This document shows positions 58,335 through 64,000 of a DNA stretch of 64,000 nt, in pieces (position 1 is the first letter of the stretch; each line of letters starts with the position of its first letter). Below the pieces are notes generated by a model that saw only the letters and a program-made list of their open reading frames with translations, was not told where the DNA came from and ran no database searches. Source of the DNA: Planctomycetota bacterium (GTDB taxonomy: Bacteria; Planctomycetota; SZUA-567; H5-PLA8); assembly GCA_038227875.1 (NCBI GenBank), contig JBBRPR010000002.1:128001-192000 (forward strand), in the 5' to 3' direction. A program made the translations under genes and the position numbers.

Positions 58335-59293
58335 ATGCCCAAAGCCGTTTCGAAACGCTGGCTCCGATTCCATCTGTCGACGGCGTTAGCGACGATGTTT
58401 TTTGCCAGCGGGCTGATTTGGTTGAACACGCGAACAACGCTCACGCTGGGCGACGCTGCTCCTGCTATTCATGCGGTTTTCAATGGTAAGATCGATGTCC
58501 TAGCGAACAACACTCCAGCTCAAGAAGTATTTTCAAGTTGCCTCGAGAATACTTCCGTGGAAATCATCTTTGATGGAGAATTCAAAGATTCGGTGACGTT
58601 ATCGCTCACCAATGTAAAGCCATCCGAAGCGCTCAACCTGTTGCGGAAAAGAGCGGATTGGCTTGGGGCGCGCTGGATGAAAATGCAATTCTTGTGGGCA
58701 AGCCGCGAGACGTTTTCAGAATTTGCTCCGCTATGGAGAACATTGTCGACCCGGCGTTGCGTCAAGGCCTGATGCGCAGAGTCGTAGATTTCTGTTCGCC
58801 AGCAGACCTTGCACCTGCCGATGCAGCAGATTTTCTGAGTAGTACTCGTGTGAAGATTATCTCTCAATTTCCAGAGGAACAGGTCGTTCAACGTTATGCA
58901 TTTTGGTTTAGAGACATGCGGCTGAAAACCGCGCTGAAACGGCTCGCAGTCATATTTAACGCCCATATTGTAGTTAAAGATGGAACGATTGCCTTCGTTT
59001 CACGCCAGACGCAAGACAACGCTACAACCTCTCAGCGTCAACCCGTGGAATCGGACTGGGTCACTCGGCGTACGTTTCGCCGAGGTTGGCCGCTTACCTA
59101 TTACGAATCTGTCGAATGGGATTGGGAAATTATAAATCAGGGCAAAATCGGTACGGGTGCGGTCATCGTGAATATCATGCTCAACGGCGTCGCAGTCCTG
59201 ATCTTTGCCCTTTGCTTCGAACTAGTCCTTCGCCGATGTTTTCGCGTTACCTCCAATGAGCCCACGGGTAGTATTGGCGGGATTGGGGGGTGA
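58335..59293 (+). pseudogene. HLSTA-family two-TM protein with STN-like inserts, frameshifted near 58644
   Basis: First frame KRWLRFHLSTAL...ALNLL; second frame EKSGLAWG...RGWP...ALCFELVLRR. Confidence 0.7.
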
Positions 59294-59296
59294 GCG

Positions 59297-59779
59297 ATGG
59301 ACGTCGACAGTGATGCGAATTCCCGTCCTCTTCAGGGCCTGACCGTCGTCGTCGTCGGGCTGGCCGCTTTTTGCCTGTTGTGGCTGCATTCCCAACACGG
59401 ATACCCGTCGTTCATTCCAGCCGCGGTGCTCTTATTTGTGCTCGGCTTCATCTGTGAATCGCTGCTGCGGCTGCGACACATGGCGTTCACACCGGTTGTA
59501 CGGCCGAAGAATCAATTTGGATTGCGCATGGCCCTGATTTCAGTGCTGCTGGCTGGATGTATGATTCATAATATTGCTACCCTGCAGGTGGAGAGGAACG
59601 ACACGTCATGGCGGATCATGGCAATCCTGGCCACGTTTCTGGCGATGTTCGTTAATTATGCCATTGGCCGCTGGCAGCGTACTCGTGCCATCGCATCTCA
59701 ACGCACGGCGTCGGCGCTGGGGACTCCGCCGATTCCGACCTCGATTTCTGACGCGAGGAATTCCGAGCGGGCGCATTGA
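59297..59779 (+). CDS. Small multi-pass membrane protein
   Basis: 160 aa with four hydrophobic segments. Confidence 0.65.
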   Translation: MDVDSDANSRPLQGLTVVVVGLAAFCLLWLHSQHGYPSFIPAAVLLFVLGFICESLLRLRHMAFTPVVRPKNQFGLRMALISVLLAGCMIHNIATLQVERNDTSWRIMAILATFLAMFVNYAIGRWQRTRAIASQRTASALGTPPIPTSISDARNSERAH

Positions 59780-59780
59780 T

Positions 59781-61361
59781 TTACCGCACGTTCGCGCCTA
59801 GCCGTCCATTGGTCTGCAGCTGCGTTTCCCAATTCGGTTTGCTCAGCACAGCCGCCGGTACGCTGGCGTGGCGGAGGTACTCGTACTGTTGCCGGTTGAT
59901 GCGGACGTCGCGGACGGTTCCCGACGGCGTCTGCACTTCCAGATGCAGCTCGGAAATCGCCGTCATCTGGCGGAAGACGTAGTCGGCAAACAGCCATGCG
60001 TCCTGATAGCTGTTGCTGTAACGCCGCTCGGCTTCCGGTCCGTCGCCGGGTGCGAGAACGTCGGCGTCGTCGCTGGCGATCAGCGCGACGTTGAGCTCCG
60101 CGCCGTTGGCGTTGATCTTCGTGAAGCGTTCCGTGCTTGAGCCGGGCGCAGGCGGAAACGCATCCATGAACGCCAGCACTAGCTGCCGGCCAATCGCGTT
60201 GGAATCGGGATATTTCTTTTCCAGCCAGCCGTTGATCTGACCACGCGCGCGAGTGACGGATTCTTCGGCCGCCGGCGAGGTATAGCCACCCTGCGGCGTG
60301 GACGCTGCGACCTTCAATTTCTGCAGTTCGGCGAGCGCGTCGCGGATCTGGTTTTCTTGGAGACGCGCGGCGATCTGCTTTTCAAATTGTCCCAGATCGG
60401 TGGAGGTCGCGGCGGCGACGCGGGCTTCGCGCAGCTGCGAAATCTGGTAGATGCCAGCGCCCGCAGCCAGGATTCCCAGCAACGCGGCGCTGAGGCGCAC
60501 GGTCCACGGCCAATCAAGCATGCACAGCGCCAGGGCCGACAAGCTCAGCGCGCCGAGCGTCAGGACCACAAAGATCGCGCCCGGAAAGACGACGGCCGTC
60601 GCCGCCCCCAGCAGCGTGACCACGCCGACGGGCATCAGCCAGCTGAAGGTCGCCTTCTTCGGCGCCGCTTCTTTCGCCAGACAGCTCTTGCAGAAGACAC
60701 TGCCGTTGCGAATCTCTGCCGCGCCGCTGGTCAGGTCTTCCGGCTGCAACGGCAATCCGCAGACCTGGCAGAAGTAATGTTTAGGTTGTCGCGCGGAACT
60801 GGACGACGGTGACGCGCCGGGTTGAATCATCGGCCGCCGCGCTGACGATTGCCGCGCCGCCGGAACCGACGTTATTCCCGAAGCTGGCTTGATCAGTACG
60901 CCTGGCAAGGCAGTACTGGTGGACTTGCTGAGCGTCTGCGGCAGGCCGGTAGGGGAGGGCACTTTGGAAATGGTCTTCAGCGGCGACCCACTCGTGGTGG
61001 GTCGAGCTCCGACGGATGACGGGCGCGCTTGGACCGCGGGCGGCGGCTGTTGCGTGGACGATGCGCGCGCGCCGGGGATCGCGCTGGGAACTTTGATCAT
61101 TCGTGTCGAGGGCGATCCCGCCGAACGCGTTTGAGGCAGGACGGGCACGTTTCTGGATTGCGCGGAGTGCGTGCGTTTGGCGCAGCGCTCGCAACGCGCC
61201 TTGGATGCGGCCAGCAGCTGTGCGCGACCTTCCGCGATGTGATCGGCGGGAATTTCGCAGGAACAGATTTCGCACAGCAACGCTTCCATCCGCTCGACTA
61301 CGCCCTTTCCCCGAGCTGGAAGCTCGGCGGTCGCAACGCCCGTGATTCCGATCTGACTCAT
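59781..61361 (-). CDS. Pro/Ser-rich double zinc-ribbon transmembrane protein, paralog 2
   Basis: CEIC..CERC and CQVC..CKSC, about 3 TM helices; C-terminus resembles that of 23996-25429. Confidence 0.75.
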   Translation of the reverse strand: MSQIGITGVATAELPARGKGVVERMEALLCEICSCEIPADHIAEGRAQLLAASKARCERCAKRTHSAQSRNVPVLPQTRSAGSPSTRMIKVPSAIPGARASSTQQPPPAVQARPSSVGARPTTSGSPLKTISKVPSPTGLPQTLSKSTSTALPGVLIKPASGITSVPAARQSSARRPMIQPGASPSSSSARQPKHYFCQVCGLPLQPEDLTSGAAEIRNGSVFCKSCLAKEAAPKKATFSWLMPVGVVTLLGAATAVVFPGAIFVVLTLGALSLSALALCMLDWPWTVRLSAALLGILAAGAGIYQISQLREARVAAATSTDLGQFEKQIAARLQENQIRDALAELQKLKVAASTPQGGYTSPAAEESVTRARGQINGWLEKKYPDSNAIGRQLVLAFMDAFPPAPGSSTERFTKINANGAELNVALIASDDADVLAPGDGPEAERRYSNSYQDAWLFADYVFRQMTAISELHLEVQTPSGTVRDVRINRQQYEYLRHASVPAAVLSKPNWETQLQTNGRLGANVR

Positions 61362-61422
61362 GCGCGTTGCCTCTCATAAGTTTACGGCAAGGACCATCGA
61401 TTACGAGACTTCACTTCCCGCA

Positions 61423-63987
61423 TTAATCGTTGAAACTGAAATCGGTGACGCGCCGGACGACGATGTGCCTCTTGGTTTGAGCCGGCGAATCATAGAACGT
61501 GTTCTCCTGACCCGCAGCCACGCCGCGGAAATCGAACCAGTCCAGCGCGGCGCTGGTGTCGCTGCCCTTGATCTTCTTGCCCGTGCGGTCGTTGCGCGCC
61601 AGCGGCGGCGTCGCCAGCTTGTCGTCGGTCAGGGTCTTGTCCGTCAGTCGCGCGCGTGGCTGGCCGGTCTTGTAATAGGCCAGTCCGGTTGAGGCCCAAT
61701 CGTTCGCGCCCTTTGTTTCGTTCTCGACATCCGGCGCGAGTTCCACCGTGTACGCGACATGCCGGTTGAAGATCACCGCCGGATTGCTGATGCTCTGCGA
61801 GGTGTCGACCATCTGCGCGGCGACCACGATGACATACGTTGTCGTCGAGGTCGTCAATTCCGTGGAAAAGCAGTCGGGGCTGAACATCAGCTGGCGTTCC
61901 GGCACGTGCGATCGCGCTTCCCAGGGTCCAAGCTCCTTGCCGGCGCTGCCAACGCCGGTGGCGTTTTCGAGCGCGATCGTTTTTCCCATCTGGCGCGGAA
62001 TGGTCTTGGGAAATCCAGAACTGGCCGGCGTCGAAGGACCCACCGGGACCGTGCCGCCGCCTTCGGTCTCCGGCCACTCGTACCAGACTTCCGCGTTCTC
62101 ATCGCGCGCGAGTTTCATGTCGTAGAGCTGCTTGATCGGAAATTTCTCCTCCGCCGTCTGCGGGTATTTGCCGGGAGACGTGGTGTCCCAGAGCGTCTGC
62201 TGGCCCGGCACGATGTTGTCATAGATCGCAGTGGCCAGACGCCGGTCGAGCTTGCCCGGGAAGATTTCGAAATTGCCGTTGTCGTCGATGCTGACGGTCC
62301 CGCTCTCCGATTCGGTGCTGGCCGGCGAGCCGTCGTTGAAGGCCGTGTTGCGCGCGTGGACGGTCATCGCCAGCAGATCGGCCTTTACGTTGGTGCGGAA
62401 CTGATCGAGCCCGAACGGAAAGCGCGGCGAGCCCAGGCGATAGCTCGGGCAGAAGTACTTCACCTGACCCGGCCCCGAATTGGCGCTGCCCAGCAGTGTG
62501 CCGTAGCGCTGCGTGTACGTGCCGTACTTCGAGGTGTATCCCGGCGCGACCCACGGGTAGCAGCCCGGGTACCAGTTGGCGTAGTTGTCATAAAACGCGG
62601 TGAAGTATCGCACCAGCGTTTCCTGATACTGGTACGCGACTTTCACGCGGTATTCTTCGACCTTGCGCCGCGCGTTTTCGATCTCCGTCGCCGACCACGT
62701 GCTCAATGGCGCGCCGACCGGATTGACCGTCGAGAGCGGCGATTCCCAAAGCCAATTGGCCTTGACGTGGTAGGTCGTCGCGCCTTTCTTGAACGGAAAC
62801 GTGCCGATGCGGACCAGGTGTTTCATCGAGTTGATATTGAAGACGCCTTTAAGGACGCGGTCGATTTCCATGTAGCTGTTGTAATTTTCGAAGCCGACGT
62901 TCTGCCACGTGTTCCCGGCCCAATAGTAGCCCGGCGGCACGCCGGTATTCACGTTAACGGGACTGCGGCCGGTATCGGGGTCGGTATAGCAGGTGTGATA
63001 GGTCGCGTAGCGGCCTTCTATAAAAAGGTAGTAGCCGAGATCGTACCCCGCGAATCCGCCTTGCAAGCCCTGCTCGGTCTGGCTTGCGGAGTAAATCGTA
63101 TCGATGGTCGTGCCCTGAGCGCCGCCGGGCTGAGCCAGATCCATGAAGTACGGCTCGTTCAGCGTCGACCACTTGTAGTAATTGATGTAATTTCCCGTCG
63201 CGCCCGAAAACGTGCGCGAGCCGGCGCGCCAGCAATCCATGTAGCGCCGTAGTTTCAACGGATACGAATGATACGGACACCACTGCGCCGGCGCCGCGGG
63301 ATTGTAAGCCGCGTGGCCGTTGCCGGGACAATTGAACGTGGTGTACTTTGCCGCCGGGAGAATGGAACCGCCATTAAACGGCGCGGTGCCGGAGTACGTG
63401 GTGAGCAGCGCAGCGCGCTGGCGTTCAGCGAAATTGTAATCGCAGGTTTCCATCAGCATGTTGCCCATCTGGGCTTGCGTCGGGATGCCGCTGTCGAGCC
63501 AGCCGTTGATGTTGATGTTACCGTTGGTGTCGGAGACCTGGACGCGTACTCGCATCCGCGTAGTGCCGTCGGCGGAGAAATTCGCGGGAAGGTAGCACCA
63601 GTCGGTCTGGTCTTCGATGCTGCCCAAATTCTGGCTGCTCATTTCAACGTTGGGCTTGTACCACCACTTGTAGTTGGGATCCTTGCTGTCCCGGCAGATG
63701 GCGACGAACTTCTTCGGATCCATCTGGTCGCCGCTGGCGTCGAAGGTGTCGTGAATGATCGCGCCGAGCGTAAAGTCGAGCCCCGACTGCAGCGCATTGT
63801 TGCATTCCGTCTGGTTACGGAGCCCGGTGACATACGTGACTTCACTGCGCGTATTGGACAGAAATCCGATGACGACGATGAGCATCACGGCCATGAGGCC
63901 GACCATCACCAATAGAATGAAACCGCGGCGAGGATGACGGCGGCTCTTAGCTCGTGGCTCGTGGCTCTTGGACCTGTCGGGTTGCAT
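61423..63987 (-). CDS. Large PilX/GspK-like pseudopilin, paralog 2
   Basis: GAGGA RBS before ATG 63987; RRGFILLVMVGLMAVM; shares DPDTGRSPVNVNT, PGKLDRR...AIYDNI.PG and FSTELTT with 25426-28044. Confidence 0.78.
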   Translation of the reverse strand: MQPDRSKSHEPRAKSRRHPRRGFILLVMVGLMAVMLIVVIGFLSNTRSEVTYVTGLRNQTECNNALQSGLDFTLGAIIHDTFDASGDQMDPKKFVAICRDSKDPNYKWWYKPNVEMSSQNLGSIEDQTDWCYLPANFSADGTTRMRVRVQVSDTNGNININGWLDSGIPTQAQMGNMLMETCDYNFAERQRAALLTTYSGTAPFNGGSILPAAKYTTFNCPGNGHAAYNPAAPAQWCPYHSYPLKLRRYMDCWRAGSRTFSGATGNYINYYKWSTLNEPYFMDLAQPGGAQGTTIDTIYSASQTEQGLQGGFAGYDLGYYLFIEGRYATYHTCYTDPDTGRSPVNVNTGVPPGYYWAGNTWQNVGFENYNSYMEIDRVLKGVFNINSMKHLVRIGTFPFKKGATTYHVKANWLWESPLSTVNPVGAPLSTWSATEIENARRKVEEYRVKVAYQYQETLVRYFTAFYDNYANWYPGCYPWVAPGYTSKYGTYTQRYGTLLGSANSGPGQVKYFCPSYRLGSPRFPFGLDQFRTNVKADLLAMTVHARNTAFNDGSPASTESESGTVSIDDNGNFEIFPGKLDRRLATAIYDNIVPGQQTLWDTTSPGKYPQTAEEKFPIKQLYDMKLARDENAEVWYEWPETEGGGTVPVGPSTPASSGFPKTIPRQMGKTIALENATGVGSAGKELGPWEARSHVPERQLMFSPDCFSTELTTSTTTYVIVVAAQMVDTSQSISNPAVIFNRHVAYTVELAPDVENETKGANDWASTGLAYYKTGQPRARLTDKTLTDDKLATPPLARNDRTGKKIKGSDTSAALDWFDFRGVAAGQENTFYDSPAQTKRHIVVRRVTDFSFND

Positions 63988-64000
63988 AGTTTTCCTCAAG

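Noticed and set aside
25426..63987. Diversity-generating retroelement behind the PilX-like paralog variation
   Set aside because: No reverse transcriptase and no near-identical TR/VR pair with adenine-specific differences seen; the similarity is old and at protein level.

Overview
High-GC bacterial chromosomal window. Gene content (large secreted hypotheticals, pilin-like cassettes, REP-like palindromes) suggests a PVC/Planctomycetota lineage; this is inference. Housekeeping genes are thrS-infC, pdhABC with a divergent LysR, cysD-cysNC, a dksA/traR homologue and a LysM L,D-transpeptidase. They are interspersed with secreted or carbohydrate-active proteins (CBM9-like, GH42-like, DUF4185, GH116, transglutaminase-like) and lower-GC accessory genes. 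I found no rRNA, tRNA, CRISPR array or transposase. Most notable observations: (1) an unannotated 47-codon IF3-N-like mini-gene between thrS and an ATT-initiated infC; (2) a GxxExxY gene, and separately a small ORF, each enclosed by long inverted repeats built from short tandem units; (3) two paralogous PilX/GspK-like genes, each followed by a zinc-ribbon membrane protein, one within a full minor-pilin cassette that has an amber-interrupted FimT/GspH-like gene and a divergent degenerate GGDEF protein retaining RxxD; (4) a modular two-TM 'HLSTA' paralog family; (5) repeat families placed right after stop codons, a 10-bp phased array, and several apparently leaderless genes.
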